Source: Vicugna vicugna (Eukaryota). From it: a stretch of 64,000 nucleotides of DNA. Made by a program: the position numbers and the translations under genes. Below are positions 26,798 through 38,960 of the stretch, piece by piece; position 1 is the first letter of the stretch, and every line of letters starts with the position of its first letter. The stretch spans positions 5,785,245 through 5,849,244 of the forward strand of contig MU058824.1 in NCBI GenBank assembly GCA_013265495.1, in the 5' to 3' direction. The notes under the pieces were generated by a model that searched no databases, was not told the origin of the DNA, and saw only the letters and a list, made by a program, of their open reading frames with translations.

Positions 26798-27550
26798 CTG
26801 TAGGCAAAATAATGGGCCCCCAAAATGTCTATGTCGTAACCCTAGAACATGTGAATATGTTATATTGTGTGGCACGAAAGAATTAAGGTTGCTAATGAAT
26901 TGACCTTAAAATAGGGAGATGATCCATGATTATCTGGATGGGCTATTTATTACACATGGAAAAAGGAGGCAGGAGAATCAGAATTAGATAAGGCGATGCA
27001 AAGTTGAAAGTAGACATTGGAGTGATATAATTGCTGGCTTCAGATATAGAAGAGCTCCACGAGCCAAGGAATATTGGCAGCCTCTAGAAGCTGGAAAATT
27101 TAGAGGCCAAATTTCAATACCATGAAACTGAAGAGAGTGAGAGACTTTTCAGTTATAGAAAAAGACCCTTTGAGATTGCAAAGGACTAAGCTTCCTAACG
27201 CTGGACAGCTTCTCGTAAAATGAAGAAAGGTGGCAAGAGAATATTTATGTTGCTAATTTGTTCAAAAGGTTTGTCACGCTATATTTCAACTTAACCTTAT
27301 TTTGTCATTATCATGATAATCGTGATTAAATCCTGATTTTTTAAAAGGAAAAAATAAAAAGAAGCTGGAAAAGGTTAAGAAATGGATTCTCTCCTAGAGC
27401 CTCTGAAAGGAATGCAGTTTTGCCAATACCTTAGTTTTAGCCCAGTGACCCCCATTTTAAACTTCTGACTTCCACAACTATGGCATAATAAATCTGTGTT
27501 GTTTTTAAGCCACTACATTTAATGGTAATGTGTTACAGCAATGATAGTAA
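26798..27550 (+). mobile_element. MaLR LTR (MLT1D-like), split by a retrocopy insertion
   Basis: ...gcagcctctagaagctggaaaa|ggttaagaaatggattctctcctagagcc... is contiguous MLT1D sequence once 27099-27372 is removed. Confidence 0.88.
27099..27359 (+). pseudogene. 5'-truncated retrocopy (processed mRNA 3' end or orphan transduction), parent unidentified
   Basis: Perfect 13-bp TSD agaagctggaaaa (27086-27098 and 27360-27372). ATTAAA at 27325-27330, A-rich tail 27343-27359. Open frame 27100-27189 reads LEAKFQYHETEESERLFSYRKRPFEIAKD*. Confidence 0.85.
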
Positions 27551-27831
27551 ACACCCTTACTCCAGCTCTTTCCTACTCCTACCAACAACATCCTCAGGCG
27601 AGTTGACTCAAGTAAATGGACCTGGTGGTTCTACCTCAGAGGCCTGCCTGAAATGTTCAGGCATGTTAAGACCCCAGGGATCCCTAAGAGAAAAATCTTT
27701 CCGTTTTGTTAATCTACATCTCTATCACCATCAGCTGAGGGAATGCAGGGTGGGGCAGGGAAGCCTGGAAGAGTCACTTGTCAAAGTAACTTCAGGTACA
27801 GTTCTGATGATGTGAAACAAATCTTTGGAAG

Positions 27832-28161
27832 CGTCTTAGTTCATTCAGATTGCTAACAAAAACACCACAAACTTGGTGGCTTAGAAACAATAGAAATTAA
27901 CTTCTTACAGTTCTGGAAGCCGGAAGCCCTAGATCAGAGTGGCTGCATGATCTGCTTCTAGTAAAGGCCCTCTTCTGGCTTATAGACTGCAAATCTCTTG
28001 CTGTGTCCTTACCTGGTAGAAGAGGCAAGGAATTTCCATGGGATCTTTTTTCGAAGAACACTAATCCCACTCATAAGGTCTCTACCTTTATGATCTTCCC
28101 ATTGGGCATTAGGATTTCAATATATAAATTTTAAGGGGACACAAGCATTCAGATTATAGCA
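27832..28161 (-). mobile_element. MaLR LTR (MLT1A-like)
   Basis: tcttagttcattcagattgct...acttggtggcttagaaacaatagaaatt...cttacagttctggaagc...ggggacacaagcattcagattatagca. Confidence 0.85.
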
Positions 28162-28453
28162 GGAGGTAAAGATAAGGGAGTTGGAGAAACTGTCTAATTG
28201 TGTGCTTTTTTGGTGTGGTATGTATTGTAGTAAGGAACTAAAGCTAAAACAAATAGTCCAATTGAATGTTTATATGAGCAGAAATTATTTTCTTAATAAG
28301 TACTTTATGACTTTGTGATCTATTTTGTTGCATTAATTTGATCAAGACCAGGTAAATTCTCCTAAACCAAATATTGTAATTGGCTTGCTAAATTACTGGG
28401 TAAAGTCGTATTTCCAAAGTCATACCTGTGTTATCAAGAAAATGGCTCTGATC

Positions 28454-28901
28454 ATAAAGAATGAAATAATGCCGTTTGCAGCAACATGGATGGACCTAGA
28501 GATTATCATACTAAGTGGAGTAAGTCAGGGAAAGACAAATATCAATGATATCACTTGTATGTGGAATCTAAAACATGACACAAATAAACTTATTTACAAA
28601 CAGAAACTGACATAGAAAACAGACATGGTTATCAAAGGGGACAGAGCGGGGAGAGATAAATTAGGAGTTTGGAGCTAACAGATATACACTACTATATATA
28701 AAACAGATAAACAACAAGATCCTACTATATAGCATAGAGAACTATATTCAATATATTTTAACAACCTATAATGAAAAAGAATATGAAAAAGAATATATGT
28801 ATGTATCACTGAATCACTATGCTGTGTAACAGAAACTAACACAACATTGTAAATCAACTATACCTCAATTAACAGAACAAAAGCAAACAGAGAAAAAAAA
28901 A
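28454..28901 (+). mobile_element. 5'-truncated LINE-1 3' end (cetartiodactyl type)
   Basis: KNEIMPFAATWMDLEIIILS is the ORF2 C-terminus, followed by 3'UTR and a decayed A-tail. TSD-like ggctctgatcat / ggctgtgatgat. Confidence 0.95.
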
Positions 28902-30019
28902 GGCTGTGATGATGCCTGATGACTAAACATAAAAGAATAGAGACTAAAGCCATTATTTTGAACAATATAATGAAGAAAATAAATTCCTGCTCAAAAAACT
29001 CTGGATGCACACTAGAACCACCTGAGGAGTTTCGTTTGCTTCCTATTGGTGATTTCTAGTCCCCACCCAGAGTTTTTTTTTTTTAATTGGAAGTAGTGTG
29101 ATTCTAATGTAAGGCTAGTATTGAAAACCACTGAAACACTTTCAATGAATGATTGGTTTGGACTCATGGCTTTTGCCCCCTGGCTCCATAAGCCCATTCT
29201 AGTGGTAATCTCCCCACTAAAACATGTTAGATCCAGTGAGACTTGCTCGTTGTCCTATATCAGTTGTCCAGCATCAGGGAAAGTAGTTGATCAGTTTCCT
29301 CCTCTAAACATCTATGGGAAGAAACCCACACACCTGATGTAGCATCAGCAGCAAACATGATGCTTTTTCATCACTACTGTCCAAACCAGCCAAATTCATC
29401 AGTGTAAGTATGTTTAAGTATTAACATTAAAAATTTGTTCAGAACTGCTAGTCCATTTTCTCTTTTAAAATCAATTTTAGACACGCAGGTGATGTAGCTT
29501 GTATAAAAACTATCCACAAGGAGAAAATGTTGTCATAGTGGAATTTTACACATAACCATAATGTATTCAAATAAGACTGAAAAAAACCTGTTTGAGAACA
29601 AATAAAGTCTATTTTGAAAGAATTTGCCTCATGTAAACCTCATGTCACTAACTTCCCACTATGCCATGTACATATTTGTCCCACCACATAGCCTGCATTT
29701 GCCTATGCTCTCAGATGACCTTGGTCTTCATCAAGAGTTGCTACAAAACATGTGCCGTAGAGGACAGCTGGCTCATCATCAAGTGACACCCTTGCTGCTC
29801 CTCTACTCCATACCCTGCAGTCTGTTATGCATGCCTCCAGCTACATTCCAACATTTAATTGTGCAGACCTTTGACCCTGTGGTTTTCATCAATTCCTGCC
29901 TAGTCCTTCTTCTGGATTCCTGATCCTTTATTTCACAGATTCCAAGCCCAGGCCTCTGGAATTATAACAATGGCCACTACTTGCTAGATACTGCTAAGAA
30001 AACACTAAATATTCAAATA

Positions 30020-30610
30020 TCATCCCATTTTCTCTTTAAGATAACCTTATCCTGATTTTACAGATGAGGAATCTGAGGTACAGAGAGACTTACACAATTT
30101 GCCTTATAAGTCACTTTTCGCCAGGTTATGCTGTCATGACAAACTACCCCGAATTTTAATGGCTAACAGTACAGACTCGTGATAAATGTCAGGTGTAGGT
30201 CTGTGATTTGGCTGTGGCTCCCCCTACAAGTCTTCTTTATTCTGGGATCCAGACTGAAGGAGCAGGAGGTAAAGATAAGGAAGTTGGAGAAACTGTATAA
30301 TTGCAACTTGTCCTTCCCATAGCAGAGGGAAAAGAATAAAGAAAAAATCATGCATTGAAACTTAAATCCTCTATTTAGACACAATTTTCATTATTTCTGC
30401 TCATATTTTATTGTCCAAGCAACTCTGATATTAGTGGGTATATGAGGGACTCCTCCTGCAGAGAAGGCTCTGAAGGAAGGACCCAGTAGACACGAGTTTC
30501 TAATATTTTAAGCAAATAATATAACCATAGTTGTCCAAAGTCTTACAGGCAGAAAGAGGCAAAGCTGGGGTCTGAATCGTGCTGTTTGACTCTCAACTAC
30601 TGTGCTATGG
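30020..30610 (-). mobile_element. MIR interrupted by an old MLT1 LTR (about 30120-30530)
   Basis: attttacagatgaggaatctgaggtacagagag...tttgcc stops near 30105 and resumes as gtccaaagtcttacagg near 30533. Between them is MLT1-type caggttatgctg...ctgggatccagactgaaggagca. Confidence 0.7.
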
Positions 30611-33600
30611 TACTTCGATTTTCTTTTCTCTTTTTGATGATTTCATGTCTGATTTTAATGTCTAGCTCTACAGTCCTTACCTGTCCCTTTCTGATTTAGC
30701 TGTTCTCCCCAGATATAATTTTCTGGTCTGAGTGAATTGTATTCCTGACAAATAGGTCTTCAACTTAGCTGAACTGCAGGTCCCTGCCCTCTAATTGGCT
30801 TGGTTCCCCTGCTGCCCAAGTTCAGGGTAAGTTTTAGTCTGTTCCTCCAGCTTTTAACTCCACAGATCAAATAAAGGTATTCCCATCCTGGATATGGTGG
30901 ATACAGACAGCCTCCTTACTGCTGTAAGGAAATTCATAGCAAACAAATTTTAGCAGTTTGTCCTTAAAACCTGAAGAACTATATTTAAACTTGGACAAGA
31001 AACTTTTTAGGGCGATTTCCTGTCAAGAAACAAATCCTTTCTTACGGCGGTTAAACATGGTCTATGGGAAGCCTTGTTTATTGCTGGTCTTGGGGCAGCG
31101 AGTTAGTGAGATTCTGTCAACACACTCGGATCATCTCAGGGTGAGTTAGCCCCTCCAAAAGCTACCCACTCATGTCGTCTTTCACCACTCTTAAAGAGAG
31201 GCCACAGATTTAAAGCTTTCTGTCTTTATTGCCAGTGTGAGATAGCAGCAGAATCTTGTATGCTTTACTTCCAAACAGAAAATATATTCTGCTGCTACAA
31301 GATCCAGCTTCAATCCTGTGTCACCCACCATTTAATTAACCATAAACGAGAGCTGAATTTCTCTTTTGTGGTACCAATTTGGGCCTGTTTTTTATATCAG
31401 CATTTGAGAAAGTCAACTTCTAACCTAAAAGTTGAGTTCATTTTTAAAAGAATTCTACTGGAAAAGAAAATAAATAGTAAGCTAAAACTGTCTTTCTTAC
31501 AATCTTTTTGCAGAGTATGACCTCCCTGTATTCCCCTTTAAGGAACTGTGTTTACTTTCTCCAGTTACATATCCAACTATTCACGGAGGGGTCATCTCTA
31601 TAGTTAGCAATGTACTAAACCTTATGTCCATTAAAGACGACGAAAGTAAGACAATTATGTATACAAAAGCATAATTAATAGTTTCAAACTCAAAACAAAG
31701 CTTCTTTCCAGAAGAGCAGTTTTTTTCCATACTAATCTGCCTCCCAATAAGCTCTTGTTCACATAGTAAGATTGAATATCTCAAAAACTATCATCTCAGT
31801 ATGTTTTTTCACTTGACGGTTGACGTATATGAAATCATGATGAAGTGTAAAAAATACTATTCAATGTTTTTTAATTTTTTTTGGCTTTGTGATTTCTATG
31901 TGTGTGTATTTATATATATATAAATAAATCAGAGGCCCCAAAGTTAGAATGAGACTTTTCTTTAAATGTTTGAATCATAATTAGATATTCTCTTTATGTG
32001 CCTACTATTAATTTTCATTACGTATTTTTGTGTAGATAAAATAGAGGAAACGAAAGTTAGGAAATGTGGTTCTGACCAAAGAATGATTATCTTCAATTTC
32101 CACCAATTTAAGAATGTGGACTCATTATTACCCAAGACTTAACAAAGAGGCAGTGCCCATTTAGACTTGGCAATCATGGTTTTACTCCCGCTGAAGCTTT
32201 ATAATTTTCTGTACAAGTAGCAATCACTGCAGTAGTTTTGATTAAATGATTACCCATAGGCCTGCTCTTGAATGAAATGACAAATGTTCTCTGGAAAAAT
32301 TCAAGTAGACACTGTAAACTTGGAAAATTTCTAGGGCATGAGTATGCTCCAAACAGAATTATGTACTAGTAATAGCAATGATCTATGACTCAAACATAAT
32401 AATCTATTTCCTATAGAGAGGAGAAACTAGCTTCATTTACTAAAAATTATAGGAAAAAGTAAAAAGAAAATTTTTAAAGAAAGAACTTGGTAAAGTTCAA
32501 AACTTTCTTGAGCATTTGTGGAAAGCATGGTAGGTGTGCGTAAGCTAAGATGTTATACCTGTACCAGAAAGAACACCTTGGAAGGCCAGAGAATTTTGTC
32601 TTCTTCCTTTTCAGTCTCTACCATTTGTTTTCTTTGAATAAGAGAAAGATGATTTAGACACTCAGATAAGAAAAACTTAACAAATCTTGTTTTTATTTTA
32701 TATGATCTAACTGATAAACAGTTGTGTTTCTAAAGAGTAATATTCTGTGCTTTGACTATATTGTCTTCATTTAAGTTTTTCATCCTTGTAAGACAAGAAA
32801 CCAGTAGCCCAGAGCCTAAAGTTTCAAAGCATGAAGAATCTATGTATTTCTAAAAATACTCATAACTTAAAAATAAATATTTAACTTTTGCAATTTATAG
32901 GTTTTAAAGGAATATTCCATATTCTGCTTTGGAAATAGCAGAATTATTCAAGTGTCTAAGACTAGATTGTTCTAGAGACTTTTGACCTTAGAAAATCCTA
33001 AAATGATATTGATTATAACAAGAGTTCAAAGGAATATAGTGAAGGGACATTAATTTATGTCACTGATATCAAAACTAATTACTTGCTTTTGAAATTTGAG
33101 AGTTTTTACAAAAATAAACTATATGGGTTGTTACTTTATTTGTGTACCATAGAATAACCACTTACTTTGGGTGGATGTAAAAATTGTTTTCTTCATTACA
33201 TCACAATCATACTGGAAATTTATATAATGATATTCTAACCAAAACTATAAACAAATAAACCTAACAGGTTTTAGAAAGGAAGCACTTGGGGACCAGGTTT
33301 TTATTCTGGCTTTGCCATTAAGTAGCTGTGTGATTAGTTTGTTGATTTCAGGGAACTAATCTATATGCTTCTATTTTCTTTCTCATCTGTAATGGAAGGG
33401 GAAGCCTTAAGGTTAGGACTCTGCACTGTTCATTCTAGCTCTAGTTTGGATTTTTGTTAAGCTCTCTGTAGGAATGTGGCTTGTTGGGGACTGAACAGAG
33501 GCCTAAAATCTCCATGGAAATAGAATGTATTAAATTGATTAATGAAAAACAAATGGAAGATTTTAGTAAATTTTCCCTTAATGGCAACAAAGAAGGTAAG

Positions 33601-33829
33601 GTCAACAGTGTAGAAGATAAGGATAGCATTAGCAAGGGGATGGCCAAGAGTAGAAGTGAAAGAGGAGAACATTTCTCACAGATGTCACCAACAATTCTCA
33701 AAGGAGAATCAGCAAGACTCTTTATAGCCAATGGCCTTTCTTCCCTAACACTGGTGATGACAGTATCTCTTGAGACTAAACAGTCTGAATGTGTGTGACG
33801 CCAGCAGAGGACAATGAAAGACAGAATGC

Positions 33830-35200
33830 CATAACTCTGCTACTTCATATTGACCTAACTCTTGGAGTTTACAAAGCATGTCTCCCATTTTGGCCAATGT
33901 TTCTTCCCAATAACCCTATGGCCGAGGCAGGGAAAGAATATAGTGGTTAAGTATATAGGTTTTAGAGTCAGGCAGTCTGGGTTCAAATCTCAGTCCCATC
34001 CCTCTTGGTTAGTTGACTTTGGACCATCCATTCTTATAACAAATGTGTACTGAAACTGCTTTGCTAAGCACTAAGAGCTTGGGAGACAAGTAATAGAGCA
34101 GATGATTTTAGATTGTGGTAAGTGCTCTGAGGAAGATAAAATAGGGTAATTAAATGTAAAGTAATGGGACTGGGGCTAAATGGGTTTGGGTTTCAGGTAA
34201 AACTACTTTAAGGAAGTGACATTTGAGATAAGATGAATGAGGAGTCAGCTATGTAAGGAACTGCTGGAAGAGTGCTTCCAGAAGAAGAAAAGCATGCAAA
34301 GGCCCTGTGGTGGGAAAGAGCTTACCTGTTCCAGCCAAAGCATTAGCCAGTGTCTGAGTGTTGTGAAAGTGGGGGAAAAGTACTGCATGATGAAATCAGA
34401 GAGATAATTAGAGACTGGATCATGTGTGAGACTTATGAGTATGAGAAGACATTTAGATTTTTTCCTAAATGCAATCAAACCACTAGAGCTACTTTTGCAA
34501 ATAACATAACATTATATGTTTGATAATTTCAAAAGATTACTCTTGATACTCTAACAAAGTGGACAGAAGGACAGTGAGAGTGGAAGCAAAGATTCTAGTT
34601 ATGAGATTATTTTAGTTATCCAGCCTTAGCTTTCTCATTTATTAAATGGTAATGGTAAGTACATCACAGATAATTTTAAGAATTAAATGAAAAAAGGGAA
34701 TTGAGCAAATACAGAGTTCCGGCAAAGTTTGAACATTCAATAAATAGGAGTTGTCGCTGTCCCCCATTTACACATAAGAAAACTGGCTGTCTTGGAGGTT
34801 AAACAGCCAATATCTATAGCTGATCAGCCAATAACCAAGCTGTATAACTCCAAAACCAGTGTAAGTCTGTACACACATGATCAGAAAAAAAGTATCTTGA
34901 ACTTACATTTCAATTCAACAAAAGTCTCTGAGACATATAATGTGCCAGACACTGCTAGGACTTGAGGATACCAAGGCCTCTGCCAAGAAGCTCAAAGTTT
35001 AGCGGGTGTGACAAATATAAACACAAACAATGTCTAACTGAAATGACACATACAGCAACAGATGTATGTCACTCACAGAGAGGATTTCACATAAGAAAAG
35101 TTATCTGTGCTGGGTTTTGAAGTGCTATAAATAATCACCACAGGGAAATCAGCAAGAACAGCACATGAGGGGTCATGGAATAAGAAGCAGATTGTCATGT
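33830..35200. mobile_element. Cluster of MIR and L2 fragments
   Basis: MIR ttagagtcaggcagtctgggttcaaatctcag near 33960. L2 ggaagtgacatttgag...agcatgcaaaggccctgtggtggg at about 34210-34320. L2 tgtgccagacactgctagg near 34940. Confidence 0.7.
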
Positions 35201-36359
35201 GTGGCAAACTGAGTGATATGAAACGACTGTCATAAACAGTATGTGAGGGAAGAAAGAGAAGTTGAGGTTGGGGGAAAGGGAGTCAGAGGTATAATAATTA
35301 TGAACAAGAATAATTATAGGGTTAAAAGTGGAAATCACCAACTCTGTACGTTGAAAGTGAGTAGGATATCTGGACTGCCAGGAATGATAGGGCAACCGTG
35401 ACATTAAATAAACAGCAAAACATGGCACTTGAGCATACTGCTTGACTTATGCTTCCTCATATGAGCTTGATAGCAGAGTGCACATATGTGGAGACTGAAG
35501 CTCAGCTGCTAAGTGCCTTGCCCAAGGTCACTCGGATGGCAAATGAAAGAACCAAAAGGAGAACTTAGACTGCATAGCTTTTGTTCAAGTCCCATCTATC
35601 AACTCCATTACTTGTCTGTGTGGCCTCTGTAATAGTGAAGACTGTTGAGAAAGAACTAGAGGCAGAACGTAGCAGAAGAGTTGGATGATAAGGGCACTGA
35701 GAGCATAAAGGAAGATTTAAAGAGAAGGTGAAGCAGAGAACTTGACATCTGTCTGATCATACCTGAATAGAGGTTAACATTGAGGAACTGGAAAGAAAAT
35801 GGTAGTGCCTGGAGGACAGCAGGGACCCAGAGACTTTTGGAAGTAAGGAAAGGAGGGAGGAAGAAAAGATGGGAAAGAAAGAAGAAAAGAAGACTCTGGA
35901 GAAGTAATGGGAGAAGAAAGAAGTGAAAGACAGGAGAAGGAAAGATAAACTGCAGACAGGCTGTGGGGGAAATTGTGGCTAGAGCATGCGGATGACCATG
36001 CCAGGGGAAATGTCCCAGTAAATGAATAAACAGGGACATAAAACCCTAAATGGATATATACAAAGAGTTGGTAGTTCAAGGGTTACAATAGTGGGGCTGA
36101 CATCGTTTGCAGCTGGAGAGGGTTGCAGGAAATGTTCCTCTCCCCATTGTTTCAAAACCTGTGTGCCTTCTCCACATGACCATGTTTTCTGAACCTCAAA
36201 TAAAGACACTCAATCTGATAAAGGAATTTTCTGCCACTTTCAAGGGGGAAGAATAATCTGAAAATGTAGCTTGTTGGCATTTTTAGGATTGTTCATGAAA
36301 AAGAATTGCAGTAAGAGAATATTTGAAATGGGGATAGCTCAGAAAAATTCCACAATATG

Positions 36360-36575
36360 TAATAATAACAATTAATCCTTTTTGAGTGCCAAGCATTGTT
36401 CTAAGGGCTTAAGTAATTTAATCCTCTCGACAGTCCTATGAAGTAGATTCTTTTATTATCTCCAGTTCACAGATAAGGAATCAACCTGTGGCACGGTGGG
36501 GTTGAGTGACTTCTCAAGGTCACACAAATAGCAAATAGCAGAGTTGGCTTTGAGATTTGTTGCTCCCCACCACTC
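36360..36575 (-). mobile_element. MIR SINE
   Basis: ttatctccagttcacagataaggaa...gagtgacttctcaaggtcacacaaatagcaaatagcagag. Confidence 0.8.
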
Positions 36576-38569
36576 CGTGAAATTCCCAAAGGGCCTGATT
36601 ACATTTCTTTTCTTTCTCTTTAAAGGCGATGTTATCTCAAAGACTTTTGGAACAGAAAGGTTATGAATTTTATAGGTTCGTTTAATGTACATCAACAAGT
36701 TTAACTCACCACTTAAAATATTTGCATATGTGTAAGTAAAACATTTATGAACCACCAGATAATTTAGGCAAAGACCTTTGAAATCTTCATAGGAAGCTGA
36801 CATGAACTGTTCTCTTTCAAAATGAAAAATATCTTCCCAAACAAAGGTGAAAAGTCCCAAGCCAAACACTAAAGTAGGTAGTATTTCTTTCTCTGTTGCT
36901 TTATGAAATATTGGCAGCCAGACATATTTCTCAACTTTAGAAGACATAAATCTTTCAGAGGGAAACCAAATTTTGTTGGTTTGGCTGCCAAACTATGACT
37001 TCAGCCTTGAATCTCATCTCAGAAAACTGTAAACACCCTTTTCCTCCCCTGTGTTTAATTTTAAGCGTATCTTCCCTTCCCGAAGACCATCTTTCTTCCT
37101 TTTGGGTGACTGTCTCTCACCTCTATCTTATCCTGCATGCCAGTCTGTGTGTGCTGACCTGCCGAGAGACCGGCTGCCCGGCCGATGTCAAGCCCTCTGA
37201 ATTCTCACCTCATGCTCACTCCCCACTTCCCTCTACTTTTCATCTTTTTCTTTTTATTAACAGTTCTTGGCTTTCAATTCACATTCCACTGAGGGTTGAT
37301 GATTTTGCTCTGGAGGTCTTTTCCACAGACCTGCTGCTGTCTCCCTTATCACAGTGACCCCAAGGCTCGTACTTTGTGCCTATATGACAAAGGGATTCAG
37401 AGGTTTCAGTTAAAAATGGTCTTAGTGCACTTTTCTAGTAACTAAAGACTAATTGAATAGGTCAACCCATGAGCAATTAAGTCTAAGTCTACATAAAAAT
37501 GAAAACATGTGCTTCAGGGTGAAAGAATTAATGAGCCTGGGGATGGGGAAGGGATGGTGTTCACTCTCCAGAAATGCAGAAGAGTATAGAGGGGAAAAAA
37601 ACACCGGCTAGAAGATTGTAGAGTAGATCAAATAATGGTTCAAGTTCTGACATATAGACAAACCAGCTGTATGACACTGGACAGAAAATCATACTATCAT
37701 CCACTCTGGATATCAGGTTTTTTTCATACTTAAAGCACTAGACTATGTAGATTCTAAACCTCGTTAAATCTTGGAATCACTTGGAGAATTTTGGAGTGTC
37801 AGAAGAAAAATATTTTGGTCTAGGGTTTCAAAACTGATATACTTAATTAGCCTGAAGACTAGAGCCCTAGAATCTGAATATATGATTTCATGTAGCTATC
37901 CCAGCCTAGATCTGAGGACCAGCATTAGGGGACCATTTGATTCATTAAAGTCTTATGCTTAAGTTCCATTAGCACTTCCCAGGTAATGTAAAGCATAGAA
38001 TAGTAACACCCACTGCTGTCCACGAATGAGCTTCAGAAGGAGCTAGTGCTGACCTGGGCCACAGAAAGAGCCAGAAGAGCTGAACTTGTTGCTTTGGATT
38101 AGTTTATCAGCTGCTTGGTTGCTCACAGGTCTGAGTACAAGTAACAGGCAATAATTCCTTCTCCTAGGTGATTTTTCTGTCTTAATGTATTAAAATTACA
38201 CTCACTTGCAAGGTCGTTCCTAAAAGTAGGTGCGTTATTTAGCTATTATCTGACCACTTCTGCTTGAATCTTAAGGGACTGGTCAGATTCCTGCTGTAAG
38301 ATTATTTTGTTGATTATCAGAGTCTTATTTGTGTATGAAGGTGCAATGAGAGGAGCCGCATAAAGCTGCAGTTCACAAGAGCCAGGTGACGGCAAGGCCG
38401 TTCAGGAATTAGATATCTGTTGGGCTCATTTCCTTTTTGCTACCAAGAGTCCTTTTTTTATATATATATAAAAACATTGATTTCTTTTAGGATAATTATC
38501 TCTTTAATTCTTAGCTAATTACCCCAGTTTAATTACTGGTTCCCTTTCTTCATCCCTTCCTCTAGCTGT

Positions 38570-38960
38570 TTCTGTTCTTAGTTAATTCTGCCATCACTTC
38601 CACAGGGGTACTTTCTTACTGCTTGAACTTGGGCTTGACCACATGATTTGTTTTGGCCAATGCAATATTAATAGAAGTGATGTAAGTAGAGACTTCATCT
38701 TCGCCTGTACAGTGGAGCTCACACTCTTGTACTTGGCTATGGGAAGAGCACCCCCATGCAGCTGCTGCACCTCATCTGAGCCCCAAAAGAACAAGTATGG
38801 AGCACACCTTCACCACCTGACCCACATCTTTAAGCAGAGCCACAGAGATGAACCCAGCTTAGATCAGCTGATCCCCAGCCTGTATGCAGATGCCTGAGGA
38901 AGTATGATTTCAAGCCACTGAGTTTCAGAATGGTTTGCTACACTGCAATAGCTGATTGAT
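38570..38960 (+). mobile_element. MaLR LTR (MLT1I/J-like)
   Basis: ttgggcttgaccacatgatttgttttggccaatg...tttcaagccactgagtttcagaatggtttgctacactgcaatagctga. Confidence 0.8.

Noticed and set aside
33798..33816. CTCF-like ccagcagaggaca
   Set aside because: Mismatch in the GGC core; a single motif is unsupported without ChIP data.
36456..36947. 163-aa minus-strand ORF
   Set aside because: Ends inside a MIR, has no recognisable domain and no clear exon boundaries.
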